Below are positions 25,610 through 38,085 of a DNA stretch of 64,000 nt, one piece after another; position 1 is the first letter of the stretch; each line of letters starts with the position of its first letter. The notes under the pieces were generated by a model. The model was not told the DNA's origin, did not search any database, and was given only the letters and a program-made list of their open reading frames with translations. The DNA lies in the NCBI GenBank assembly GCA_028534125.1, contig CM052816.1, positions 2,606,001-2,670,000 of the forward strand, in the 5' to 3' direction. Made by a program: the position numbers and the translations under genes. The stretch is from Lama glama (Eukaryota).

Positions 25610-25795
25610 GCGTTTCTTAAAGCCTGCCTTATGCACCACCTTCCTCATAATCACCTGAGGAGTTTGTTACAAATCCGCATATCTGGGTCTAAGCCCAGGC
25701 CTGCTGAAACAGAGTGTCTGGGGTGGGGCCCAGGAAACCTTCATGTTCAAGAAACCCCTGGATGATTCTTGTGCATATTAACGTGTAAGAATTTC
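25610..25795. mobile_element. MER5A-like MITE
   Basis: aatcacctgaggagtttgtta...ctggggtggggcccaggaa...gatgattctt. Confidence 0.8.
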
Positions 25796-28044
25796 TTGAG
25801 GAAGGAGAGTGGGACAAGAGTACTTCCACTCGTTTATTAAAAAAGGACTGAACGCAGAGTCAGTCCACCTGGCCTTTCATCCAGACTCTGCTGCTGGCTG
25901 GCTGGCTGACTTCAGGGCAAGGGGCTGAGAAACAGGACGTGAGATCAGAAACGGGTGCGAGCCCACCTCCTTCACACGAGAGCTGTGTGGTGATGGTTAA
26001 CAGCTAAGCCAAGCCTCACTCTCACCACCGGAAAATGCAGAGGTGAACACAGGTGCCCTCGACGAGCCAGGTTCTGGCATTCTATTGCATTAAATCACCT
26101 AACCTCAGTGCCTGCACCTGTGAAATGGGAAGGCTACCTTCTGTTTAAGCCATGCTATTTATGGCATCCAGTGAAACACTACAGTTTTGGGGGAAAACAA
26201 ATTGTTCAAAAGGTTGGCACAAAGAGGAAGTGGTGGTATTAATCCATAATAGAGTTGTCTCTACTTAGGACATTGTTTGTTTTAAGACTATATCTACACC
26301 GATAAAATCCCCTTTAAAGCACAGTATTTTATTTTTTTAACACAATGCACAATATAACACCCCAAAGGATTTTTTTTTCTATTACTGCAGAGGACAAAGG
26401 GATTCACCTTGCGATATTCCAGGTTCTCTCTATATTAAAAAAAAAAAAGGCCCCCTTAATCTTAACGGCCATGCCTTAATTTGGCATTCAAGTCTATTGA
26501 TAATTCAGCCACTGTAGCCAACGTTAGCAAAATCTGACTATTTGATAAGATGCCTTGTTTTTCTAGTTCACATATTTGTGCTTATTTCATGCCAGGTCCT
26601 TGTTCTACAACATCTCCCTTCTTAGCAAATATCCTCCTATCAAACTCCTAGCTATACAAATATCATGGATGTATGCAAATATTTAATGTCAAAAATGGTG
26701 AGTCTGATGCTGTACATAAAAGCAAAGCACATAAACAAAAGGACAATTCATAACGCAAGTATCCCACATTAGAGGAATGATTAAATAAATATAGTCATAC
26801 GATAGAATCCAGGTATCCCCTGCTTTTCGAAAGCTCGCTTTGCACTGCATCTCTTTCACGAAAGATCGACATTCGTACCTATTTTTGCTAACCGAAAGAA
26901 ATCCAAAGAGGATGTTCACTTTCATTTAAAAAGGGGGAAACTGAAAACAGCAGTCAGGGCCGGGTTTGCAGCGAGCCGTTACAGAGGGAGAGCACACTCC
27001 AAGCAGCGAGAGAGGGACCACCTCTCCTTCCCCGGGAACTCCACGCGGCCACGCAGCATCAAGGCCCCAGAGCCTTAAACCGCGTCTCTGAGCAACTGTG
27101 CTTCGTCTGAATTTATTTTGTACACCCATTAGCAAGATGTGTCCTAAAGTAGCTTCTTTTCTGCTCTACACCGTTTTGTCATATGAGAAGTTTCATGGGA
27201 ACATTCTGCTTTCGGAGCACAGCAGGGCCTTGTACTCTACACGAGTTCACGTGTTGTTGGAAAAGAGTATTTAACAGCCTGGGAAGACGATCATGACACA
27301 TTGTTAAGGGACAGAGAAAATTAAGTACCATTTAAAAAACCATCAATAGACACAACATAGAACACAGGTAAGAGGGGGGGCGCACTGTGCTGGTCAGGCT
27401 CTAGTTTTTTTATCACATCATAGGGATTTTACTGTACAGACGCACAAAAAAGAAAGGAAAGGTCTGAGGACCGACGCAGCCCGACCTCACCGAGAGCTGA
27501 ACCCCCTGCTCACGGCTCAAGAATGTGGAATCGCTCTGGATGAGGCAGTCAGGCACTCCAGTGGCTGACACTCACAAGCAGCAGGTGTCTCAGATTCAAC
27601 ACATGAATGAGAGCAGCTGACCGGTCATTTAGTCACCACCCAGTGCACAGCCCTCCCACCAGGCAGAGCTCTCAAGCCAGGCCATTTCATAGGCAGTGGA
27701 CAGAAGCCTTTAAAACGCTGCTGTAAACATTTATGGACACATTTCTTGTGGACCTTCTTTTCCAAGTAAAATCCTGGGCACAGGATATCTTGTTGATGTA
27801 GAATTGGTAGGGTTAAATTTTTCCAACATGATGTACCATTAAAAACTCTCATCACTGGGGAAAAGAAAAAAAAAAAAGAAGCCTTTGGCTTTGATTCAGT
27901 TACTCACGTGGAGGGTAGCATGGTCACGTGACACAAACAGGAAGTGCGAAGGCTGCTCCTCCCAGAAGCCATCCTCAAAGACTCACGCCTCGTCCCCAGT
28001 GCACTCATCACGTAACGTCTGTTGTTATGCCTGAATGGTGGCGG

Positions 28045-28850
28045 AGAAGCAAATCAGTTAGGAATAGATTTGACTCCATGAGACTGAAAAAAAACAAAAT
28101 TATGATTTAAACACATGAAAGTTTATTCTCTCAAGAGGAAGAAGTCTGGAGGTGGGCAGTCCAGGGTACAGCAACTCTCCAAGTTATTAGGAAATTCAGG
28201 AGCATTCTAACTTTCTGCTCCACATCCTAGCACACAGTACAGAAGTCATTATTTCTATTCACCAAAGTTCTTTTCTTCTCTCCTTTCAAGCACGTGATAT
28301 ATAACAACTCATTGCATATGTTCTTCCACCTGCTTCTGTGATTTTGAACGCACAGATCAAGAGGAAGCCTCCATCAGCCTGAGTGACAGAGTCACTCTAT
28401 GGAGCACAGGTTCTTTGCTGACCTCTATTGGACATCGAGGTGAGTAAGAAGTAGACAACCACTGAGATTTGGGGATTGTTGATACTGTAGCATAACTTAG
28501 TCTATCCTGACTGGTACACATGGCCATCCTCAAACTCACTTCCTCATCCACCTTGGCTGCTGGAGATGTAACCATCACCTTCATGTTCCAGAAAAATGGG
28601 GCAAAAGGGCCAAACCTTCCAATGAAATCATCCCTCTTAAGGATCTTTTCTGGAAGTCCCACATTTTTTCCACTTATATCTCATTAGCCAGAATTTAATT
28701 TCACGGGCAAGGAAACCACCACAAAGGATGCTGGGTAGTGTAGCCTTTTGTGGGGGACACACTGCTGCCCTGAATAGCATCAAGGTTGTGTTATTAAGGA
28801 AGAAGGTGAGAAAGGATACTGGGTAATCAACCAACAACATCTGACACAAA
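28045..28850 (-). mobile_element. MLT1J-like LTR interrupted by an opposite-strand MLT1 LTR (~28235-28518)
   Basis: Outer: aagtctggaggtgggcagtccaggg ... tctcattagccagaat. Inner ends ccactgagatttggggattg...gcataacttagtctatcctgactggtaca. Confidence 0.75.
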
Positions 28851-29975
28851 GACTCACTTTCTTCCTTTATTTACATTGTCCTAACTTTTTTGATAAGACC
28901 CATAGTAATTTTAGTAGTTTTATATAAAGGGGAAAAAGTTATTGGCAACCTCTCATTTATCCATCAGGCTCCCTTTTTTGACCCAACAGAAGCCCAGTAT
29001 CCCTTCTATGAGTTATCCCTGAATCTTGTGTGCCCCATTCCTCATCGTTTTAAATCACATTTGCCTCTGTATCATAGTTACCTGTGTGAGTGCATGCCAG
29101 GTCCCCTACCTGATCAAAGGCTCCCTGAGGGAAGGGTCCAGCTCTAATTCTCCATCTTCTAAAACACATTTCATGTGTGGTAGATGTTCCCTATTAGAAG
29201 AAGAGATGGAAAAAAGAAGAAAACAACCCCATTACTCAAATTCTATTTATTTTTCTTTTAAATCCCAAATTGAAACAGAAACGAACTCATCCTTCCTCCA
29301 GAGTGAGTATATTACGGAAGTACCTAAGTGCAAATCACCAAGTTCAGGTTGAAGAGATGAATTTCAACAGAAGGCAATTTTCACAGACATTTGAGAGGGG
29401 AAATGCATACATAGACTGGTTGAATTCAGGTATGATGGATCTGAGGAAGCACATGACAGGTTGCACCAGCAGCTGAATGTCAGGGAGGGTAGCACATGAA
29501 TGTCCTCTTGAGAACGTCAGAGCTTGGCTCCAGGCTGCCAAAGCCTCCCAGTCACTGCGGGTGTGACACTTCTTACAGCTAAGTGCATGGTGTCTGCCAG
29601 CAACTGAAGACCCTGAAATCTCATACATGTTCATACAAAAGTCCAGTAGACAGCCAAGAATGAGGTGGGAAGAAGCTGATATACTGACATCACCCTCTGG
29701 GCAAATGGAGAAATAAAAGGGGATTGAAAAAAGTCCTGCATAACTGGAGCAGGGGAAGGGACCCCTATTCTAGAACAGCCATCCAGAATAACAAGTCTCA
29801 GAGTTAAGACTCTGAGTGTTTTTATAAGTGCTATGTACCAGGCACTACGCTAAGCACTTCACATGCATTGCTCCATTTAACCCTCACCATGTCCCCATGC
29901 GATGGATATGACTTTAATTTCTATTTCTAAATTGCAAAAATGAAAGAACTTGGGGGTTTCAAGAGATCAAGTACC

Positions 29976-30453
29976 CTAACGGTGCCATTTAAAGGTCTCC
30001 CTCTGTGCACACCCTGTGTCAGGTGACTTTGTGGCTCCTCCCATCAAAGGATGGAGTCTATTTCCCCATCCCTTGGATCTTGGCTGGTCTTGTGACTTGT
30101 TTTGGTCAAAATAATTGTGCAGAAGGGACGATGTGCCAGTTCTGAACCTAGGCTTTAAGAGGGCTTGCCCGCTCCTATTCTCTCTCTCTTTAAACCCTGC
30201 TGCTGCACATGAAACACCTGGACAAGCCAGCTGTGTCACGGGAGGCAGAGCGGAGTCATGTTAGCTGATGAGTGAACCCCCAGCTGACCCACCAGCTGAC
30301 CAGAGACGCACAGTGAGCCCAGCCCTGATCAGAGAATCACTCAGCCAATCTCTGGACTCTTGAGCAAAAATAAACGTTTATTACCACATGCTCCTGAAGT
30401 CCCATGGCTGTTTGTTATACAACATCATTGTGGCACTAGGTAACTGTTAGACA
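29976..30453 (+). mobile_element. MLT1F/G-like solo LTR inserted in a minus-strand MIR (~29805-29975 and ~30454-30537)
   Basis: ctcctcccatcaaaggatggagtctatttcccc...gtgccagttctgaacctaggc...aataaa...ggtaactgttagaca; MIR core resumes at ggcagagccaagatttgaacc. Confidence 0.85.
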
Positions 30454-31594
30454 GATAAGTAGGTATCTTTCTCAGTTACCCAGGTAGTAACTGGCAGAGC
30501 CAAGATTTGAACCTCGTATGTCTACCTTCAGAGCCTAACAGGCAGGGGGAAGACTTCAGAAAGAACAAATCACTTGGCATATATCTGAAGTTTCTCAGAA
30601 TCTCCAGTCTCCAAGTCAGAGGTCCTGTGTTCAGTCCTGGGGTCTTACGAACCGGTCCAGGCTTTTGGACCCTGCTTTTCTTGTCTTTAAAACAGGCATA
30701 GTCAGCACTTCTTTTAGCAAGATTCCTATTAGGACCCAATGAGATACCCATGTGAGAGCATTTCACAGATGGCTGTGCAGATAGATGCCAGGTGCCAGCC
30801 TCACACTCTTCATCTCTGCCACCAGCTCAACAAGTCGAGGATGCTCTGCCTGAAAGGAGCTTTGCTAGGAAGTCCTCTGCACTCCTCCCGCCTCGGAATG
30901 ATTATGGTGCGCGCGCCTCGGTGGAGGACAGGGTAGTGGATGGTTTGTCTCTCTAGCGTCCCCCTCCCATAGCAGGAAAGCTATGAGTTCTAAATGGGAG
31001 AAAGGAGGGGGAAAAAAACCCTAAAGCTGTTATCAAATTCACAGAGGCCCTTAATGGTGATTTAATGCTGGGAGATCTAGCTTGCCACAAGATTGTCACA
31101 GGACTGTATTTTTTTTGTCGGGTTTAGGTGAGGGGTAGTGTGGCCACATTTAAAGGGAGTGGGGAGAGGTGGTGGGAGGGCCGTTAATCAACTGTCTCGG
31201 AGCATGGTCTGGACTGCAAGCAGAATTAAAGGACCGGGGACACGAGGGATGGCTGCAGGGTGACCTTTGGGGCAGGGCGTAATCAAGGAAGCACAAAAAA
31301 GAGGGCCAGGCTACACCTCACCTGCCCTTTCTCCTCTCATTTTTATAACTAAATTCCTCCTCCCTGTAGCCCCCAAACTCAGTCTAGCAAAGCCTTCACA
31401 GAGATTATTATCTTCCCTGGTGGTTCCAGACATGTTCTCAGCGTGCAAATATCAGGATTCAAAAGCATCACATAATGCCTAGAGTCTGTGGTTAACTCCT
31501 GCTTTCATCTCTTCACATCTAAACACCTTTTTAAAAATGTACTCACATCTAATATTTAACCTCACACACTACCCAGCTGTGTTCATATACCAGT

Positions 31595-33040
31595 ATGCAT
31601 TCATGCACTCATTCATCAAACACTTTGTGCTACCCTCTGTTATGTGCCGAGCGCTGTGCCACGCCCAAAGGAGACAAAGATGAACGACATGTGGTCCCTG
31701 CCCTCAAGCGGAGCCCATGAAAGAGGCACAACTGGAGGATGGGCTTAATGTGAACTGGGGAAATCAGAAACTGCTTCCTGGAGGAAGTGGCACCCAAGCT
31801 GAGGCCTGAATGATGAGGAGACTGAGAAGTCTGTGTGAGCAGGAGCAGGAGCGAGGCACAGAAGCAAGCAGCAGCACGGTGCGCAGGAGAGCAAAGGGGA
31901 TGCGAGAGCACAGGAAGAGAACAGGGGAGCCGGAGGTGAGGCGGGAAAGGCAGGCTGGGCTGGGTTATGGGAGGGGCTCAGAGGCCAGGCTAAGGAGTCC
32001 GCAGGTGCTATGAAGTCAGCAGGGGTTTGAGCAGAGAAGCATGATGGTTTAGTTTTCTCTGCCGCCATTAATGGCACCACTCAGTTGCTCAGGCCAAAAA
32101 CCTTAGTCAGCCTCATACTACGTGTCATGCATCTTCCCCAGCATATCCCATCCATTAGACAATCCTGTAGATTCTCCCTCCAATACCTAGCCACTTGTCT
32201 CCCCTCTCCTGCCTCCACGCATCTCACAGCCCCCATTACATCACTTCTCACCCGGGATGGTCTGACGGCTCCCCGCTTCCACTCTTGCATGTCTCTTCTC
32301 TCCACTGCTGAGTCATCTTTTCCAAACATCAATCAGAACCCATCTCCTCTCTGCTTCAAATTTTCCAGTGGATTCCAGGTGGATAAAATCCAACCTCCGT
32401 ACCACACCCTACAAGTCCCAGCGTGATCAGGCCTCTGCCCACCCTCTGTCCTCACGTCTTTGCACTTTGTCCCCTGCTCACCTCACCCTAGGCATGCTGC
32501 AGCCCCGGCGGCTCCTCCAACGAGGCAAGCTCATGACCATCACACTGGCTTTGCCCTTGATCGTCCCACCACTTAATACTCTTTCCTCTCAGATCATCCC
32601 ATGACTCGCTCTCATTTTATTCAGATCTGTGTTCAAATGCCCCCCTTCAGAGAGGCTTTAGCTAAGCATTTTAAAAGCAACTTGTCCCCATCCCTGCTCT
32701 CGGCCATTAATCTCTGTTATCTTATCGTGCTTTACACGGTTTTTAAATGCGTATCAAAACCTTAAATTATATTCCTTGTGTATTCGTTACTCTTACTCTC
32801 CATCTCCCCTTTGACAATGTTACACTTGTCATTGTCTTATTTCTATCTTCCCTTCTAGACTGCCCCATGAGAGAAGACAAACATGTCTCTTTAGTTCACC
32901 ACCAGGTTCCCATCTTCTGGAACCATGATCTGAGCTCAGAGGAGGTGCTAACGAGTATTTGTTGAGAAGGAGGATACAGGAAATGAGCATGTTTGGGGAA
33001 AGATGATGAATTCTCTTTTGGAATAGTTGAGGTATCTAAA
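31595..33040. mobile_element. Minus-strand L2 (~31595-32055, ~32970-33040) with a plus-strand L2 (~32060-32970) inside or abutting
   Basis: cattcatcaaacactttgtg...ccctgccctcaag...gcttcctggaggaagtg; then cagttgctcaggccaaaaacctt...gttcaaatgcccccttcagagagg. Confidence 0.8.
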
Positions 33041-33799
33041 AACCAGTCTTCATAGCTGTATTCAACCTTTCCTTCGTCTTCTACAGCCATGTTTCCCTCG
33101 GATACCTCTATTTCCTCTCAGGTCCTGAGACCACTTTCTATGTTCTTTAAAAGAGACAGAGTCACCTTCCTGAATCCCACCGGCAAAGCACGAGTCATGA
33201 GACCCCCTTAAAAGTTAATTATAAAGATCAAATGAGAGAGCATGAGTAAAAATTACCTACACCTTGATGACAAATAGACTCCAGAGAACAGATTGTCACA
33301 AGATGTTTGAATTCATCAGATACATCAATATTATTACACAGTATTCTGATAGATAATATTTAACATGTTTAAAACTTTTCTGCTAGACTACAGAGAACAA
33401 TGCTTATTCTTTTTTGTCTTTCCCCACCTGTGTCTAGCACAGTATCTGCTATTTGTTTATTTCACAGAAAACAAAGAGCTTCTGCTTCAAAATCAGGTAC
33501 ATTTGCGGATTCTCTGCTTGCTAGAGAGCCATGGACCACCAGGTACACTGATTTACTTTATTAATTAATTAATACACTAGGATGCAGTGATCCGATTACT
33601 CCTCCCCATCTTGCTGGCGCCCTGTTCCCAGGCCTCTTTTCTTGTGACCATAATAAGCTTCTGAATCCTTCATCTTCGTGACCACTTCCTAGAATATGTG
33701 ACTATAAGGGCCTTCACGTCTAGCTTTCCATCCCCGTGTTGACAACGTGCAAGGCTGAGGTCAAACTCAGGCAATGTACATACACACACACTCACATTT

Positions 33800-34625
33800 C
33801 TTATTACAACATATTCTTTTGAAAAAGTTGGAGCAAATTATCTATGTACACTGTGTGAATGTTGATTTTTTAACTTAACAGAGCTTATAAATCATTCCTT
33901 ACCGTGACTTAGAGACGTAAAACAGTCTGTTTCATAGTAAGCTATCCCTGAGTTTGCTAAACTGGTTTTCTACCAATGAGTATTTTGCTTATTTCCAGTT
34001 TTTGCTATTCAGAAGTCACTGCACAAATGTGCGGGCATGACTATTAAATGACTCCATACAGGAAGACTGGCAAGTGCAGGCATGCTGTAAATTTTTATTT
34101 CTATTGCCAAAAAGGCTGCACCAATTTACATTCCAAGAAATAGCACTTGAGGGCCTGTTTCCCCAGTATTATCAAGTTTTATATATTTGTAAGTCTGTTC
34201 AGTGAAAAGTGAAATCTCACTTTTGAAATTTTCTATTTCTTTAATTGTGAGTAAGGCCGATTATTTTGTTGGATGCGAAGGACACTTACTTCCTTTTCTT
34301 CTGAACCTACTGTTAACATTCTTGGCTTATTTTTCTTTTCATTGTTGGTTTTGTTTCTTTTCTTTTCTTTTCACAGACACTGACAAATTAAGGAAATTTA
34401 GCTGTAGTATAGTATTTTTTCCATGCAGAATTTTAAACATTTTATGGAGTCAAAATTTGTTAGTCTCGTGTGAGTGTGTGTGTGTGGTTTTTGGTATTCA
34501 TGTTTTCTTTAGAAGTATCTTTTGTGCTTCAGGGTCACAAAGGCATTTGGCTGTATTTTCTTTTAGTGACTTGTATAGTTTTTTTCTATCTTTCTTTTTT
34601 ACAGACAATTCATTAACACATATGG
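33800..34625 (-). mobile_element. Ancient L1ME-like remnant
   Basis: atttccagtttttgctatt, aaaggctgcaccaatttacattcc, atttctttaattgtgagtaagg. Confidence 0.7.
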
Positions 34626-34628
34626 AGC

Positions 34629-35110
34629 TGTGTTGGTTTTTCATTGCTGCATCACAAACTACCACAAACTTACCAGCTTAACATAATACACACTTATTAC
34701 ATCACAGTATCTGTGGATGGGGAATTGGGCATTGTTTAGCTGGGTCCTTTGTTTAGGGTTTCACAGCCTGTGATCTAGGTCCTGGCCAGAACTATGTTCT
34801 CATCAGAAGATCAACTGGCAAAGAATCCACTGCCAAACTCTTTCAGATTGTTGTTCAAATTCATTTCCAGATGCTATACAATTCATGGCATCCTGCTTCA
34901 TCAAAGCCAGAGAGAGAGAGAAACTCTAGCAAGAAGGGCTTCACATCACCATGGAAGCGCACACGTGGTCACGTACAACCTATCATGTTTGCCACAATCC
35001 AATGGTTAGAAGAAAGTCACTGATCCTGTCCACACCCAAAGGGATTACACAAACGTGTAAACACCAGGAGGTGGGGAGCCTGAGGACGACTCTGAAGTCT
35101 GATCTCCATA
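34629..35110 (-). mobile_element. MLT1E/F-like solo LTR
   Basis: ttgctgcatcacaaactaccacaaactta...ttagctgggtcc...gaatccactgccaaactc...ggttagaagaaagtcac. Confidence 0.85.
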
Positions 35111-35543
35111 AATCTGTTTTGGTAAAAGGACTGAGGTAGGAACATAAATTTCTCTAAATGGTTAGCGAAAAGGCTCAATGGCACTTACAAAATCATCTAA
35201 CTTCCCCTTTAACTTACTAAAATTCTATTTTTTTCTATTTTCCCCAGACAGTATAGTTTAAATAACTCAAGCCAGTTCATTTCTCCTTCTTTCCCCATCT
35301 CAAGTACAAGAACTGTCATACTGGAGATACAGTCTGTCAACCCCACGATCTGCTCATTGTGCATAAAAAGAATACTTGTCAGGCCAAACCTCTAGCCAAA
35401 CTCACAAAGAAGGAAAAAGAGAAAGCACAAATAAGCAAAATAAGAAAGGAAAATGGAGAAATTACAACAATTAACATAGAAATGTAGACTATCATACAAG
35501 AATATTATGAAAAACTATATGGAACCAAAATGGATTAGAGGAG

Positions 35544-36653
35544 ATGGACAAGTTTCTGGAAACATATAGTCCACCAAGACTGAATCAAGAAGAAACTGAC
35601 CACTTGAACAAACTGATCACTGGAAATGAAATCGAATTAGCAATAAAAAAAAACCTCCCTACAAATAGAAGTCCAGGACCAGACGGCTTCACTGGGGAAT
35701 TCTACCAAACATACAAAGAACTCACACCAGTCCTTCTCAAACTCTTCCAGATGATAGGAAAGGAGGGAATACTCCCAAACTCATTCTATGAAGCCACCAT
35801 CACCCTGATACCAAAACCAGGCAAAGACACCACCTAAAAAGAGAATTATAGGCCAATATCACTGATGAACATAGATGCAAAAATCCTCACCAAAGTATTA
35901 GCAAATAGAATCCAACAGCACTTAAAAAAGATTATACATCATGATCAAGTGCAGTTCACCCCAGGGACACAAGGGTGGTTCAACATACACAAATCAATCA
36001 ATGTAATAATACATCACATCAACAAGAGAAAGGACAAAAACCACATGATCATCTCAATAGATGCAGAAAAAGCTTCTGATAAAATTCAACACCCATTTAT
36101 GATAAAAACTCTCATCAAAGTGGGTATAGAAGGAACATATCTCAACATCATAAAAGCTATATATGACAAACCTACAGCCAGCATAGTACTCAACAGCGAA
36201 AAACTCAAAAGCTTCCCACTAAAATCTGGGACAAGACAAGGATGCCCACTATCACCACTGCTATTCAACATAGTCTTGGAAGTCCTAGTCACAGCAATCA
36301 GGCAAGAGAAAGAAATCAAAGGGATCCAAATTGCAAAAGAAGAGGTAAAAGTGTCACTATATGCAGATGACATGGTACTATCTATAGAAAACCCTAAAAG
36401 GTCCACACAAAAACTACTAGAACTAATAGAAGAATTCAGCAAGGCAGCAGGTTACAAGAATAATGTACGAAAATCAGTTGCATTTCTTTACACTAACGAT
36501 GAATCAACAGGGAAAAAAAATAAAGAAACAATCCCCTTTAAAATAGCACCCAAAGTAATAAAATACCTAGGAATAAATCTAACCAAGGAGGTGAAAGACT
36601 TATACATGGAGAACTATAAAACACTGATTAAGGAAATTAACAAAGACTTTTAA
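35544..36653 (+). pseudogene. L1 ORF2 reverse transcriptase domain, inactivated
   Basis: [31 protein letters not shown] and YADD (36360-36371); two ORFs in the same frame split by TAA at 35835; another stop at 36651. Confidence 0.97.
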
Positions 36654-36977
36654 AAATGTAAAGATATCCCACACTCCTGGATTGGAAGAATCAGTATTGT
36701 TAAAATGGTCACACTGCCCAAGGCAATCTACAGATTTAATGCAATCCCTATCAAATCACCCAGGACACATTTCACAGAACTAGAACAAATCATAATAAAA
36801 TTTATATGGAACCACGAAAGACCTAAAATTGCCAAAACATTACTGAAGAAAAGAAAGAGGCTGGAGGAATAACTCTCCCAGACTTCAGACAATACTACAG
36901 AGCTACAGTCATCAGAACAGCATGGTACTGGTACAAAACAGACATATAGACCAATGGAACAGAATAGAGAGCCCAGA

Positions 36978-37477
36978 NNNNNNNNNNNNNNNNNNNNNNN
37001 NNNNNNNNNNNNNNNNNNNNNNNNNNNNNNNNNNNNNNNNNNNNNNNNNNNNNNNNNNNNNNNNNNNNNNNNNNNNNNNNNNNNNNNNNNNNNNNNNNNN
37101 NNNNNNNNNNNNNNNNNNNNNNNNNNNNNNNNNNNNNNNNNNNNNNNNNNNNNNNNNNNNNNNNNNNNNNNNNNNNNNNNNNNNNNNNNNNNNNNNNNNN
37201 NNNNNNNNNNNNNNNNNNNNNNNNNNNNNNNNNNNNNNNNNNNNNNNNNNNNNNNNNNNNNNNNNNNNNNNNNNNNNNNNNNNNNNNNNNNNNNNNNNNN
37301 NNNNNNNNNNNNNNNNNNNNNNNNNNNNNNNNNNNNNNNNNNNNNNNNNNNNNNNNNNNNNNNNNNNNNNNNNNNNNNNNNNNNNNNNNNNNNNNNNNNN
37401 NNNNNNNNNNNNNNNNNNNNNNNNNNNNNNNNNNNNNNNNNNNNNNNNNNNNNNNNNNNNNNNNNNNNNNNNNNNNN
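36978..37477. other. Assembly gap (500 N)
   Basis: Run of exactly 500 N inside the L1. Confidence 1.
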
Positions 37478-37823
37478 TATTCAGCCATAAAAATGACAAC
37501 ATAACACCATTTGCAGCAACATGGATGTCCCTGGAGAATGTCATTCTAAGTGAAGTAAGCTAGAAAGAGAAAGAAAAATACCATATGAGATCACTCATAT
37601 GTGGAATCTAAAAAAAAAAAGAACATAAATACAAAACAGAAACAGACTCATAGACATAGAATACAAACTTGTGGTTGCCAAGGGTGCAGGGGGACAACCC
37701 ACCTTTACTCTGCTACTACTACCCTTTTGGAAGTGGCTACTTCCTATGAATTGGTGGATTCTTTAAAGGTTTTTAAATTACATTTACTTTGAACAGGGGA
37801 TATGTACACATGGTTAAAAAATT

Positions 37824-38085
37824 TAGGGAAAGGGAATGGGAAGGGATAAATTTGGGAGTTTGAGATTTACAAATGTTAGACACTGTATATAAAAGCAAAT
37901 TTTAAAGAAGTTTCTGGTGTATGTAGCACAGGCAACTACCTTCAATATCTTGTGACAACCTTTAATGAAAAAGAATATGAAAACAAATATGTATGTATAT
38001 GCATGACTGGGACACTGCGCCGTATACCAGAAATTGACACATTGTAATTGACTGTACTTCAATTAAAAAAAATTTTTTTTTATTT
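37824..38085 (+). mobile_element. Short 5'-truncated L1 3' end (different subfamily) inserted in an old minus-strand L1MC-like element (~37700-38460)
   Basis: gggataaatttgggagtttgagattt...ccagaaattgacacattgtaattgactgtacttcaatt; flanked by aaaaatt; host sequence reads through tacacatggttaaaaaatt|caaatg. Confidence 0.8.

Larger units (their letters stand above)
35386..37690 (+). mobile_element. Young 5'-truncated camelid LINE-1 (ORF2 + partial 3'UTR), spanning a gap
   Basis: Colinear ORF2 from KPLAKLTKK to WNRIESP; after the gap the ORF2 end (FAATWMSLENVILSEVS) and 3'UTR follow. Confidence 0.93.

Noticed and set aside
25325..25654. 109-aa minus-strand ORF in the CpG-rich zone
   Set aside because: Starts inside MER5A and resembles no protein I recognise.
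1523..35139. Many 60-160 aa ORFs in the ORF track
   Set aside because: No recognisable domains, many start at non-ATG codons, many lie in repeats or microsatellites, and there is no consistent exon chain.
36086..36442. 118-aa minus-strand ORF
   Set aside because: Antisense shadow of L1 ORF2.
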